Part shown: positions 8,886 through 18,582 of the stretch, piece after piece
How the letters are laid out: every line of letters starts with the position of its first letter
Numbering within the stretch: the stretch's first letter is position 1
From: Bacilli bacterium
Lineage (GTDB): Bacteria; Bacillota_I; Bacilli_A; ML615J-28; CAG-313
Reading direction: 5' to 3'
Length of the DNA: 64,000 bases
NCBI GenBank assembly: GCA_017463365.1
Contig: JAFTPH010000028.1
Coordinates: 268-64,267 of the forward strand
The notes under the pieces: generated by a model
Database searches by the model: none
What the model saw: only the letters and a program-made list of their open reading frames with translations
Told to the model about the DNA's origin: nothing
Program-made: the position numbers and the translations under genes

Positions 8886-10160
8886 ATGATAAAAAGAGAT
8901 TATTATTTAAATCAAATTATAAAAAGAGAATGGGATGGAAACATTAAAGTAATTACTGGTATTAGAAGATGTGGTAAATCTGTTTTATTATTTGAATTAT
9001 TTAAAGATTATTTAACGTCTAAAGGAATAGAGACATCTCAAATTATCGAAATTAAATTAGATAAAATGGATTATATTAAATATCGTAATCCTTTTTATCT
9101 TTATAAACAAATTAATAAAATTATAACTTTAAAAAAATATGATAAATATTATTTATTTATAGATGAAATTCAAATGGCTATTAAGAAAAAAGATAGACAA
9201 AGTGGTGTTACAGCAACAATCTATGATATATTAAATGGATTTAGAGATAATAAACTGCTTGATGTTTATGTTACCGGAAGTAACTCTAAAATGTTATCAA
9301 CTGATATCGCAACAGAGTTTAGAGGTAGATCTAGTAGAATTAATGTTCATCCCCTCTCATTTAAAGAATACTTTGAATATATAGGCGGAGATGAACAAAA
9401 AGCACTTAATGAATATATGATATTAGGTGGTATGCCTGGATTAATACATGAACAAACTGAAGAAGATAAAAAAATGTATTTAAAAAACTTGTATGATGAA
9501 ATTTATATTAAAGACATTGTTGAAAGAAATAAAATAAAAAGAGAAGATATTTTAAATGATATTCTTAATTATTTAGCTTCTCAGATTTCATCACTTACAA
9601 ACATTACAAGAATTGCTAATGCCATATCGTCTTTTAAAAAAGAAAATATAACCCATGAAATGGTTGATAACTATGTAAAACATATTAAAAATTCTATGTT
9701 AATTAGTGAATCACAAAGATATGATATTAAAGGTAAATCATTTTTTAGCTATCCAAGTAAATTTTATTATGAAGATACAGGACTTAGAAACGCAAGATTA
9801 AATTATAGACAAATAGAACCTGGACATTTAATGGAAAATATTCTATATAATGAGTTAATTAGAAGAGGCTTCACAGTAGATGTAGGAGCGGTTCCTATTA
9901 GAGAAGCAAATAATGTAGAATATGTGGAAATTGATTTTATTGTAAATAAATTAGATACAAAAATTTATATTCAATCAGCTTTTCAAATGTTAGATGCTAA
10001 TAAAGTAAATCAAGAAACTAGACCCTTTATGCTAACTAATGATTTCTTTAAAAAAGTTATTATTAGAAATGATATAATAAATAGTTTTTATGATGAACAA
10101 GGTATTTATCATTGTAGATTAATAGATTTTCTATTAGATAAAGTAGATTTTTTAAATTAA
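8886..10160 (+). CDS. AAA_14 + DUF4143 family ATPase (function unknown)
   Basis: 424 aa; Walker A GIRRCGKSVLL, Walker B LFIDEIQ; architecture typical of AAA_14/DUF4143 singletons. Confidence 0.6.
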   Translation: MIKRDYYLNQIIKREWDGNIKVITGIRRCGKSVLLFELFKDYLTSKGIETSQIIEIKLDKMDYIKYRNPFYLYKQINKIITLKKYDKYYLFIDEIQMAIKKKDRQSGVTATIYDILNGFRDNKLLDVYVTGSNSKMLSTDIATEFRGRSSRINVHPLSFKEYFEYIGGDEQKALNEYMILGGMPGLIHEQTEEDKKMYLKNLYDEIYIKDIVERNKIKREDILNDILNYLASQISSLTNITRIANAISSFKKENITHEMVDNYVKHIKNSMLISESQRYDIKGKSFFSYPSKFYYEDTGLRNARLNYRQIEPGHLMENILYNELIRRGFTVDVGAVPIREANNVEYVEIDFIVNKLDTKIYIQSAFQMLDANKVNQETRPFMLTNDFFKKVIIRNDIINSFYDEQGIYHCRLIDFLLDKVDFLN

Positions 10161-10214
10161 AAAGGATAATCAAGATTATGACGTCGAATTATTAATAAGT
10201 TGAGGTATTAAAAT

Positions 10215-11591
10215 ATGAGTAAATTTATCGGAAATAAAAAGTTTTATCGTTTATTATTGGCAATTTTAATACCAATAGTATTACAACAATTATTAACACA
10301 ATTTGTTAACTTATTAGATAATATTATGATTGGTATTGTTGGAAATAATGAAATGACAGGAGTTTCCATTGCCAACCAAATATTATTTGTATATAACCTA
10401 TGTGTGTTTGGATCGCTTTCAGGGGCATCGATATTTGCGACACAATATTATGGAGCTCGTAATAAAGAAGGTTATCAAGAGTCATTTAGATTTAAACTTA
10501 TGATGGGGCTTATTATTTTTGCTGTTTTTACAGTAATTATAATTATTTTTAAAGAACCATTATTAAACGCATTTATTAATACTAACGAAGGAGATTTTAC
10601 AAATCCAGATGTTGTTTTAGCAGAAGGTAAAAAATATTTAATGATAATGCTTGTGGGGAATTTATTCTTTGCTTTAAAAGAAATATATGCCACATCTCTA
10701 AGAGAAATGAGAGAAACCCTCTTTCCAATGATTTGTGGAATAATCGCTATTTTAGTAAATTTAGTTTTTAACTATTTATTAATTTATGGAAAATTTGGTT
10801 TCCCAGCATTAGGTGTATCTGGAGCTGCTCTCGCAACAGTACTTAGTAGAGTGGTAGAATTTTTAATTATTGTTATTTACGCAAGTGTTAAAAAACATAA
10901 ATTTGATTATTTGGTGGGTATTTTTAAAAGACCTATTCCAAAATTTTCATCAATTAAATTATTTTTACCTAAAACAGTTTTGCTCTTATCTAATGAGTTT
11001 TTCTGGTCACTAGGATTAACGGTTATTGTAAGTTGTTATTCATTAAGAGGACTAGATTCTATGGCCGCTTTAAATATCGCTAATACCGTTTGTAATTTAT
11101 TTATTACTTTAGGAACTGCTCTTGGTAATGCGACAGGAATTGTAATTGGTAATCTTCTTGGTGCAAATAAAACCTTAGAAGCCAAGGAAGCTAGTTATAA
11201 AATTCTCTTTTTCTCATTCTTTGTATCATTGATATTCACAGCTTCAATGATAGTATCATCATTTATTATTCCGAACATATATGATACTTCTGAGGGAATA
11301 AGAGAAGTTGCTAAAGAACTAATTATTATTGGGGCGTGTTTCTTACCAATTCAAGCATTTAATACATGTAGTTATTTTATATTAAGGGCTGGAGGTAAAG
11401 TATTATTAACTATTATTTTTGATAGTGCCTATGTTTGGTTAATAAGACTTCCGCTTGCTTTTGCTCTAGCTAGTTTTACGGGATTATCAATTGTTTGGTT
11501 ATATTTTTTAGTAAATCTAACTGACGTTGTAAAAGTGCTTGCGGGATATATTTTAGTAGATAAAGGAATTTGGTTAAAACAAATTGTTTAA
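10215..11591 (+). CDS. MATE-family multidrug/oligosaccharidyl-lipid efflux transporter
   Basis: 458 aa, about 12 predicted TM helices, MATE-type N-terminus LLAILIPIVLQQLLTQFVNLLDNIMIG. Confidence 0.7.
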   Translation: MSKFIGNKKFYRLLLAILIPIVLQQLLTQFVNLLDNIMIGIVGNNEMTGVSIANQILFVYNLCVFGSLSGASIFATQYYGARNKEGYQESFRFKLMMGLIIFAVFTVIIIIFKEPLLNAFINTNEGDFTNPDVVLAEGKKYLMIMLVGNLFFALKEIYATSLREMRETLFPMICGIIAILVNLVFNYLLIYGKFGFPALGVSGAALATVLSRVVEFLIIVIYASVKKHKFDYLVGIFKRPIPKFSSIKLFLPKTVLLLSNEFFWSLGLTVIVSCYSLRGLDSMAALNIANTVCNLFITLGTALGNATGIVIGNLLGANKTLEAKEASYKILFFSFFVSLIFTASMIVSSFIIPNIYDTSEGIREVAKELIIIGACFLPIQAFNTCSYFILRAGGKVLLTIIFDSAYVWLIRLPLAFALASFTGLSIVWLYFLVNLTDVVKVLAGYILVDKGIWLKQIV

Positions 11592-11603
11592 AAAGAGGGA
11601 AAT

Positions 11604-12962
11604 ATGAAAAAAATAATTATAACGTTAATATTATGTTTCTTAAGTGTTTTTATCACATCATGTAAAAAAACATATCTTATTACTTTAGATTACCAAGATG
11701 AACGAGGAATTGTTGAACTTCAATTGTCTGGGACTGTTGAGTTAGAAGAACCAATTAGGGAAGGTTATAAATTTCTAGGTTGGTTAACTGAAGATGGAAC
11801 ATATTTCGAAGAAGATGTTTTTACAGAAGATACACACCTTACAGCAGATTGGTTTGAATTAAATAAAAAGTATGGATTATTTTACGATCCTAAAGGTGGT
11901 ACTTTACCAAGTGAATATGCTAAAAGTTATTTAAGTGGAACAAAAACTATTCTCCCAATTCCAACCAAAGAATATCATGAATTTGAGGGATGGTATTTCG
12001 ATGAAGAGTTTACTGATGGACCATACTATGAAATACCTGAATTAACAAGCAGTTCTAAAACATTATATGCCAAATGGATAGATGTTGCGGAATACAAAAC
12101 TATTGAGTATGTATTAAAAGATGGGAATTTACCAGAAGAAGCAATTCATAAGTATATTCCTGGAAAAACATATGAAATATTACCAGCATCTAAAGATGGT
12201 TATTTTTTCAGAGGATGGTATGATAATCCTGCATATAAAGGTAATGTTTACCGTCTAATTGATGAAACTTTTAATGAAGATTTAAAACTATATGCGAAAT
12301 GGGAAGAAGAAACCTTAGAAAATGCGTATATATCTATTTATGGAGATAGTATTTCGACATTTGAAGGATATTTACCAAAGGGCTATGCGGCATACTATCC
12401 AATCAATCCAATTAATGTTTTAACAGTTGAAGATACTTGGTGGTATAGTGCGATTATGAGATTAAACGCAAGATACTTGTCAAATGCTTCTTATAGTAAT
12501 ACAGGAGTAGTTACAACGGGATCAGCAGAAGCATTAAAAGGAACAGAAACCTCAAGAATAGAAATAATGCGTATAAATGATCAAGATCCAGATATAATTA
12601 TTATTTTCCTAGGAGTTAATGATTGTAAGCGAGGAATTAAAAAAGATTCATTTAAAGAAGGTTATATGTTAATGATTGATAGAATGCAAACTATATACCC
12701 TTCTACAAAAATTGTTCTTTGTACTTTAAATGCATGTAGTTTTGTAGAAACAAAATATCAAGCTTTAAAAGATGAATACAACGAAGCAATTACTGAACTT
12801 GCAAATACATATGATTTACCACTTGTCAAGTTACATGAAGTAATTACTAATGAGACAAAAGATTTACATATGGCAAATATGCTACATCCAAATAGAATTG
12901 GGATGGAAGCAATTGCTGATGAAGTAGTTAAAGTTTTAAAAGAGGAGTTTAAAAATGAGTAA
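11604..12962 (+). CDS. Lipoprotein with three Listeria-Bacteroides repeats and C-terminal SGNH/GDSL hydrolase domain
   Basis: lipobox FITSC; repeats YKFLGWLTEDG, HEFEGWYFD, YFFRGWYDN; GDS(I) block ISIYGDSIST and GVNDC block. Confidence 0.65.
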   Translation: MKKIIITLILCFLSVFITSCKKTYLITLDYQDERGIVELQLSGTVELEEPIREGYKFLGWLTEDGTYFEEDVFTEDTHLTADWFELNKKYGLFYDPKGGTLPSEYAKSYLSGTKTILPIPTKEYHEFEGWYFDEEFTDGPYYEIPELTSSSKTLYAKWIDVAEYKTIEYVLKDGNLPEEAIHKYIPGKTYEILPASKDGYFFRGWYDNPAYKGNVYRLIDETFNEDLKLYAKWEEETLENAYISIYGDSISTFEGYLPKGYAAYYPINPINVLTVEDTWWYSAIMRLNARYLSNASYSNTGVVTTGSAEALKGTETSRIEIMRINDQDPDIIIIFLGVNDCKRGIKKDSFKEGYMLMIDRMQTIYPSTKIVLCTLNACSFVETKYQALKDEYNEAITELANTYDLPLVKLHEVITNETKDLHMANMLHPNRIGMEAIADEVVKVLKEEFKNE

Positions 12963-13830
12963 AGTATATTTTATTAAAGAGATTAATGAAACAAATCTAG
13001 TTAAAATATTTGAAAAATTATCTTTTGAATTAAAAGGTAAAGTTGCTGTTAAAGTTCATTCAGGTGAAAAAGGGAATCAAAACTTTTTACATCCAGAATT
13101 TGTTAGACCTTTAGTTGAAAAAGTTAATGGAACAATTGTTGAATGTAATACCGCATATGGTGGAGAACGAAATGAAACAAAAAAACACCAAGAATTAATG
13201 GACTATCATGGTTGGACAAAATATTTTGATGTTGATATTATGGACGCCGAAGGAGAAGATCTAGTTTTACAAATTCCAAATGGAAAACAAATTAAACAAA
13301 ATTATGTAGGTAAGAACTTACAAAATTATGATTCAATGTTGGTTATTTCTCATTTTAAAGGTCATCCAATGGGAGGATATGGTGGAGCAATCAAACAACT
13401 TTCAATTGGTTGTGCATCATCTGCTGGTAAAAGTTACATTCATTCAGCGGGTAAAGTTACTGATCAAAATATTCTTTGGTCTAATATCGCAAAACAAAAT
13501 GATTTCTTAGAAGCAATGGCTGATTCAGCTTTATCAATTGTTGACTATTTTAAAGGTAATATTGCTTATGTTAATATTATGTGCAACATGTCAGTTGACT
13601 GTGATTGTTGTAGTGTAGCAGAAGACCCATGTATGAAAGATATTGGTATTTTAGCATCTCTTGATCCGGTTGCGATTGATAAAGCATGTATTGATTTAGT
13701 ATACAATTCAGAAGATCCTGGAAAAGAACATTTTCTAGAAAGAGTTACCTCAAGAAACGGAACTCATACAATCGATGCCTCTACAGAAATTGGACTTGGA
13801 AGTAAGGAATACGAATTAATCGAAATATAA
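12955..13830 (+). CDS. DUF362-like cysteine-rich protein (putative Fe-S/metal-binding), translationally coupled to the SGNH lipoprotein gene
   Basis: 291 aa; CDCCSVAEDPC cluster; 8-nt overlap with upstream gene; family assignment from memory only. Confidence 0.35.
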   Translation: MSKVYFIKEINETNLVKIFEKLSFELKGKVAVKVHSGEKGNQNFLHPEFVRPLVEKVNGTIVECNTAYGGERNETKKHQELMDYHGWTKYFDVDIMDAEGEDLVLQIPNGKQIKQNYVGKNLQNYDSMLVISHFKGHPMGGYGGAIKQLSIGCASSAGKSYIHSAGKVTDQNILWSNIAKQNDFLEAMADSALSIVDYFKGNIAYVNIMCNMSVDCDCCSVAEDPCMKDIGILASLDPVAIDKACIDLVYNSEDPGKEHFLERVTSRNGTHTIDASTEIGLGSKEYELIEI

Positions 13831-13831
13831 T

Positions 13832-13856
13832 AAAAAAGGCTTAAAAAGCCTTTTTT
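13832..13856. terminator. Bidirectional terminator hairpin (aaaaaaggctt/aagcctttttt) between convergent genes
   Basis: 11-bp perfect stem, 3-nt loop, A-run and T-run on either side. Confidence 0.8.
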
Positions 13857-13859
13857 GTT

Positions 13860-14207
13860 TTATAATTCATTTATCGAAATAATACCTGAAGTTTCAGGAA
13901 AAGAAGGATAATTTTTAGTAATAGAAAGTAAGCGACATGCAGATCCATCAGGATGATTTCTACCACTTTCCCAAGCTTCAACAGTTTTAACTGATACGCC
14001 CATGAATTTTGCAAATAAAACTTGAGTTAGTCCCGTACTTTTTCTAATTTCTTTAATATCATTAGCTGAAAAACGATCAAGTGGAAGAATGTTTAAAGTG
14101 CTTTTTTTAGCTTTAATATTTCCTTTTTCATATTCAATGGCTTGGGTTAAACCAAGTTTAATTTCATCATATATACTCATATGGTCCTCCTTTTTGAAAA
14201 TTATCAA
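13860..14207 (-). CDS. higA: HigA-like antitoxin, XRE-family HTH
   Basis: TGLTQVLFAKFMGVSVKTVEAWESGRNHPDG HTH; ATGA overlap with upstream toxin gene. Confidence 0.7.
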   Translation of the reverse strand: MIIFKKEDHMSIYDEIKLGLTQAIEYEKGNIKAKKSTLNILPLDRFSANDIKEIRKSTGLTQVLFAKFMGVSVKTVEAWESGRNHPDGSACRLLSITKNYPSFPETSGIISINEL

Positions 14208-14545
14208 TTGTTTTTTAACTGATTTTCTAAAATAGTAATTAATTTACGAATTTCATTACGTTCTTCATTAGATAAATTATCCTTTTCATTTTTAGTATAT
14301 GCAGTTAATAAGTAAATTTTTTCATAAATTTCAAAATCTACGTATATGATACGGATGCTTCCAGTTTTTCCACAATGCTTAAAAGCAAAACGCATCTTTC
14401 TAACTCCACCTGTACCTCTCATAACTGCACCTATTTTGGGATTGGAAAGAAGTTCTATTTGTAGTCTGTGTAGATCGTCGTCTGTTAATCCTAGTTTTTC
14501 CCATTTAGTGCGAAATAATGGCAATTCGATAAAATTACGTTTCAT
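14204..14545 (-). CDS. higB: RelE/HigB-family type II toxin (PF06296-like)
   Basis: 113 aa; ...LSNPKIGAVMRGTGGVRKMRFAFKHCGKTGSIRIIYV...YLLTAYTKNEKDNLS pattern; toxin-first gene order. Confidence 0.65.
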   Translation of the reverse strand: MKRNFIELPLFRTKWEKLGLTDDDLHRLQIELLSNPKIGAVMRGTGGVRKMRFAFKHCGKTGSIRIIYVDFEIYEKIYLLTAYTKNEKDNLSNEERNEIRKLITILENQLKNN

Positions 14546-14599
14546 AACAATCCCCCCTTCTTGATAATTATACCATATTTAATAGGGGTTGTCAATAAT

Positions 14600-14621
14600 A
14601 AAAAGGCTTAAAAGCCTTTTT
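14600..14621. terminator. Terminator hairpin (aaaaaggctt/aagccttttt), near-identical to the 13832-13856 hairpin
   Basis: 10-bp perfect stem, 2-nt loop; terminates hsp20 (minus). Confidence 0.75.
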
Positions 14622-14624
14622 GTT

Positions 14625-15032
14625 TTATTTGATTTGAACGAATTTTCTATTTTCTTTTTTACAACAATCTTTAGGAATGCTTACATATAATACACCATCA
14701 TGAAGACCTGCTTCAATACATTCTAGATCAAAGTTTCCAACATAAAAACTTCTAGTGTATGTACCATAGAAACGTTCTTTTCTAAGATAAGTGTTGTGGT
14801 TTTCATGTGGAGCTTTCTTTATTTGGGCTTTGATAACTAAATATCCATCATCTAAAGAGATTTCAATATCTTCTTTTTTAAAACCTGGAACGTCAATAGA
14901 TAATAAATAATTTGTATCGTTTTCTTCAATATCTGTTTTCATTGTTTGGTGATGATTAACTTTATCAAAAAAAGGAAAGTTAAATAAGTCTTCATATAAT
15001 GGACTTAATGAATAAAAATTTTTATTTTCCAT
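14625..15032 (-). CDS. Hsp20/alpha-crystallin family small heat-shock protein
   Basis: 135 aa; alpha-crystallin domain IDVPGFKKEDIEISLDDGYLVIKAQ. Confidence 0.75.
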   Translation of the reverse strand: MENKNFYSLSPLYEDLFNFPFFDKVNHHQTMKTDIEENDTNYLLSIDVPGFKKEDIEISLDDGYLVIKAQIKKAPHENHNTYLRKERFYGTYTRSFYVGNFDLECIEAGLHDGVLYVSIPKDCCKKENRKFVQIK

Positions 15033-15142
15033 AAAATACCTCCAATTATATTATTTGTAAAAATGGTTTTTACATACATTTTCTTTGTTAAAAAATAAAA
15101 AATATGATATAATATTTTTAAAAAATTTAGGAGGTGTTACAT

Positions 15143-15655
15143 ATGAAAATTCAAGTTTGTGGTTTTTCAGCTAGTGGAAAATCTACATTTTCTAAAGCTT
15201 TATCATCATATTATAATACTCCTGTTTTACATTTGGATACTATTCATTTTGGGCCTAATTGGGAAATAATTCCTGATAGTGTAATGGATGAAAAAATTAA
15301 AGAATTTTTAAAAAATAATGATTCATGGGTAATAGATGGTAATTATAAAAATGCTGCTCCAGTTAGATTTGAAGAGTGTGATTTATTATTTTACTTTGAT
15401 TTTAATCGGTTTACTTGCATATATAATGCCTATAAGAGATATCGAAAATATCGTAATGTAGTGCGTGATGATATGGCGGCTGGATGTGATGAAACATTAG
15501 ATTTTGAGTTTATTACGTGGATTTTATTTAGAAGTAGAATAAGAAGAAGAAAGAAATACTTTAAAGAGTTAGGTCGTAAATATAAAGATAAATTTGTTGT
15601 CTTTAAAAATCATAAACAAGTGGATAAATATTTAGAAAATTTAATTAAAAAGTAG
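15143..15655 (+). CDS. P-loop NTPase of the topology-modulation/adenylate-kinase-like family
   Basis: MKIQVCGFSASGKSTFSKAL Walker A at N-terminus; ATG 15143 chosen (GGAGG 9 nt upstream) over in-RBS GTG 15134. Confidence 0.55.
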   Translation: MKIQVCGFSASGKSTFSKALSSYYNTPVLHLDTIHFGPNWEIIPDSVMDEKIKEFLKNNDSWVIDGNYKNAAPVRFEECDLLFYFDFNRFTCIYNAYKRYRKYRNVVRDDMAAGCDETLDFEFITWILFRSRIRRRKKYFKELGRKYKDKFVVFKNHKQVDKYLENLIKK

Positions 15656-15696
15656 GAAATATTTATTTAATAAAAATATGTATTAAAAATAAGAAA

Positions 15697-15730
15697 AAAT
15701 AAATTGTGTTTATACACAATTTTTTCTTTT
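15697..15730 (+). terminator. Rho-independent terminator (aaattgtgt/acacaattt + T-run)
   Basis: inverted repeat followed by TTTTTTCTTTTT. Confidence 0.65.
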
Positions 15731-15772
15731 TATGTAAAAAAGTAAACGTTTTCAAAAAAAAGATATGTTTTG

Positions 15773-15801
15773 TTGAAAATTATATATTAGTGTGGTAAAA
15801 T
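15773..15801 (+). promoter_or_regulatory. Promoter TTGAAA-17-TAAAAT (with TGG extended -10) for the BMP/ABC operon
   Basis: seen directly about 50 nt before ATG 15854. Confidence 0.5.
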
Positions 15802-15853
15802 TAATATGTGTTAAAGACACGAATAATACATATTCATTCACGGGAGGAAAAAG

Positions 15854-16966
15854 ATGAAGAAAGTATTTTTATTTTTATTTGTTTTAATGTGCGCTCTTAC
15901 TCTTGCTGCATGTGGTGGTGAAGAAAGTAAAGGTGGTTATGATTATGATGCTATCAGTGATACAATTGAAGCTGATTCATACCAAATTGCGTTTGTAACT
16001 GATATTGGTCAATTAAAAGACAAATCTTTCAACCAAGGAACTTGGGAAGGATTAAAGAGATATGCTTATGAAAATAATAAGACATATAAATATTATCAAC
16101 CAGCAAATGGTAATGCTGCAACAGATGATGATAGATATGATGCTATGAAAGCCGCTGTTGATGGTGGAGCTGAAATCGTTGTTTGTGCAGGATTCATGCA
16201 ATTTAATGCATTACAAAAAGCAGCTACTGAATTTACAAATGTTAAATTCGTATTCGTTGACGGATGGAACTTTGGATTACAAAACGTTACTGCTATTATT
16301 TTCCAAGAAGAACAAGCTGGTTACTTAGCTGGTTATGCAGCTGTTAAAGAAGGATTCACTAAACTAGGATTCTCTGGTGGTGGTGGAGGTACTAACCCTG
16401 CTTGCCAAAGATTTGGTTATGGTTATATTCAAGGTGCTAACGCAGCAGCTGAAGAATTAGGTATTAAAGTTTCTATGAAATATAGCTGGAACTATGGTGC
16501 AGCATTCTCAGCATCAGCTGAATTACAAGCAATGCTTGAAGGTTGGTATTCAACAGGAACTGAAATCGTATTCTCTTGTGGTGGTTCAATGTGTACAAGT
16601 GCATTCTCTGCAGCAAGTGCTAATAATGGTAAAGTTATTGGTGTTGACGTTGACCAAGCTAACGACAGCCCAACTGTTATCACTTCAGCTATGAAAGGAT
16701 TAAGAGAAGGTACAATGTATGCTTTAGAAAAATTCTATAAAGGTGAATGGGCAGATATCGCTGACAAATCTGAAACTTTAGGTGCAGCTGATAACGCAGT
16801 AGGTCTTCCAACTGAAGAAGCATCTTGGGGATTCAAGAAATTCACTGTTGAAGAATACAATGAATTATTCGCTAAATTACAAAATGGTACAATCAAAGTT
16901 GATACAAACGTTGAAGGTGCTGAAACTAAGACTTATTCTAACGTTACATTAGAGTATATTCAATAG
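15854..16966 (+). CDS. BMP-family (PnrA/Med-like) ABC transporter substrate-binding lipoprotein, probably nucleoside-binding
   Basis: lipobox LAACGG; BMP-family size/composition; first gene of 4-gene ABC operon. Confidence 0.7.
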   Translation: MKKVFLFLFVLMCALTLAACGGEESKGGYDYDAISDTIEADSYQIAFVTDIGQLKDKSFNQGTWEGLKRYAYENNKTYKYYQPANGNAATDDDRYDAMKAAVDGGAEIVVCAGFMQFNALQKAATEFTNVKFVFVDGWNFGLQNVTAIIFQEEQAGYLAGYAAVKEGFTKLGFSGGGGGTNPACQRFGYGYIQGANAAAEELGIKVSMKYSWNYGAAFSASAELQAMLEGWYSTGTEIVFSCGGSMCTSAFSAASANNGKVIGVDVDQANDSPTVITSAMKGLREGTMYALEKFYKGEWADIADKSETLGAADNAVGLPTEEASWGFKKFTVEEYNELFAKLQNGTIKVDTNVEGAETKTYSNVTLEYIQ

Positions 16967-17045
16967 TTTACTAATTGATAATCTAACTACTTAATGTAGT
17001 TAGATTATCTTCTTATTAAAACGTAAAAATAATGGATGGTGACAT

Positions 17046-18581
17046 ATGGAAAATTATGCAATCGAAATGTTAAATATCACCAAAAACTTTTCTGGTAATC
17101 TTGCGAATGACAATATTACTTTACAAGTTAAAAAAGGTGAAATCCACGCTTTACTTGGTGAAAATGGAGCTGGTAAATCAACTTTAATGAGTATATTATT
17201 CGGGTTATATCGCGCTGATAATGGGGTAATTAAAAAAGATGGAGAAATCATCGATGTTAAGGATCCTAAAGATGCAACACGTTTTAAAATCGGAATGGTT
17301 CATCAGCACTTTAAATTAATCGAAAACTTCTCAGTTATTGATAATATTATTTTAGGAGCTGAAACTACTAAGTACGGTTTTATTCTAAAGAAAGAATCAA
17401 AAGAAAAAGTAAAAGCTTTATCAGAACAATATGGTCTACATGTTGACTTAGATGCGATTGTGGAAAATATTACCGTTGGTATGCAACAAAGAGTAGAAAT
17501 ATTAAAAATGTTATATCGAGAAAATGACATTTTAATTTTTGATGAACCAACTGCGGTACTTACTCCTCAAGAAATTGAAGAATTATTAAAGATTATGAAA
17601 AATCTTGCTAATAGCGGAAAATCAATTATCTTTATTACTCACAAAATCAACGAAATTTTAAGTGTAGCAGATCGTTGTAGTGTTCTACGTAAAGGTAAAT
17701 ATATTGGGACAGTTAATATAAGCGAAACATCAAAAGAAGAATTATCTGAAATGATGGTTGGACGTAAAGTTAACTTTGTTACAGAAAAGAAAGAATCAAG
17801 TCCAACTGATGTAGTACTAGAGGTGGAAAACTTATGTGTATCATCAGGAAGAAAAGGTAAAAATAGTGTAAATGATGTTTCTTTTAAAGTACGAAGAGGA
17901 GAAATCGTTTGTATTGCTGGTATTGATGGAAATGGTCAAAGTGAGTTAGTTTATAGTTTAACAGGACTTAAGAAAATTAATTCTGGTAATGTGTTATTAA
18001 ACGGTGTTGATTTAAAACGTTTAAGCATTGATAAACGTAACAAACTTGGAATAGCTCATATTCCAGAAGACCGTCATAAACATGGTTTAGTATTAGACTT
18101 CTCATTAGGAGATAATTTAGTATTAAAGAGATTTAGAGAAAATCAATTCCAAAAATTTGGATTTATTAAAAAAGAAGAAGTTAAAGTTTATTCTGATCAA
18201 TTAATTGAAAAATTTGATGTTCGTAGTGGAGAAGGAGCATTTAGTATTGTTCGTTCAATGTCTGGAGGAAATCAACAAAAAGCAATTATTGCCAGAGAAT
18301 TAGACTTAAACTATGAATTATTAATTGCTGTTCAACCAACAAGAGGATTAGACGTTGGAGCAATTGAATACATTCATAAACAAATTGTTGAACAAAGGGA
18401 TGCTGGAAAAGCAGTATTACTAGTATCACTTGAATTAGATGAAGTAATGAATTTAAGTGATAGAATTCTAGTAATGTATGAAGGGGAAATTGTTGGAGAA
18501 TTTAATCCTAAAGAAACAACTGTCAATGAATTAGGTTTATATATGGCAGGATCTAAAAAACAAACAAAGGAGATGAAGTAG
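17046..18581 (+). CDS. ABC transporter ATP-binding protein with two fused NBDs (sugar/nucleoside type)
   Basis: Walker A GENGAGKST and GIDGNGQSEL; signature LSGGNQQK; 511 aa. Confidence 0.85.
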   Translation: MENYAIEMLNITKNFSGNLANDNITLQVKKGEIHALLGENGAGKSTLMSILFGLYRADNGVIKKDGEIIDVKDPKDATRFKIGMVHQHFKLIENFSVIDNIILGAETTKYGFILKKESKEKVKALSEQYGLHVDLDAIVENITVGMQQRVEILKMLYRENDILIFDEPTAVLTPQEIEELLKIMKNLANSGKSIIFITHKINEILSVADRCSVLRKGKYIGTVNISETSKEELSEMMVGRKVNFVTEKKESSPTDVVLEVENLCVSSGRKGKNSVNDVSFKVRRGEIVCIAGIDGNGQSELVYSLTGLKKINSGNVLLNGVDLKRLSIDKRNKLGIAHIPEDRHKHGLVLDFSLGDNLVLKRFRENQFQKFGFIKKEEVKVYSDQLIEKFDVRSGEGAFSIVRSMSGGNQQKAIIARELDLNYELLIAVQPTRGLDVGAIEYIHKQIVEQRDAGKAVLLVSLELDEVMNLSDRILVMYEGEIVGEFNPKETTVNELGLYMAGSKKQTKEMK

Positions 18582-18582
18582 T

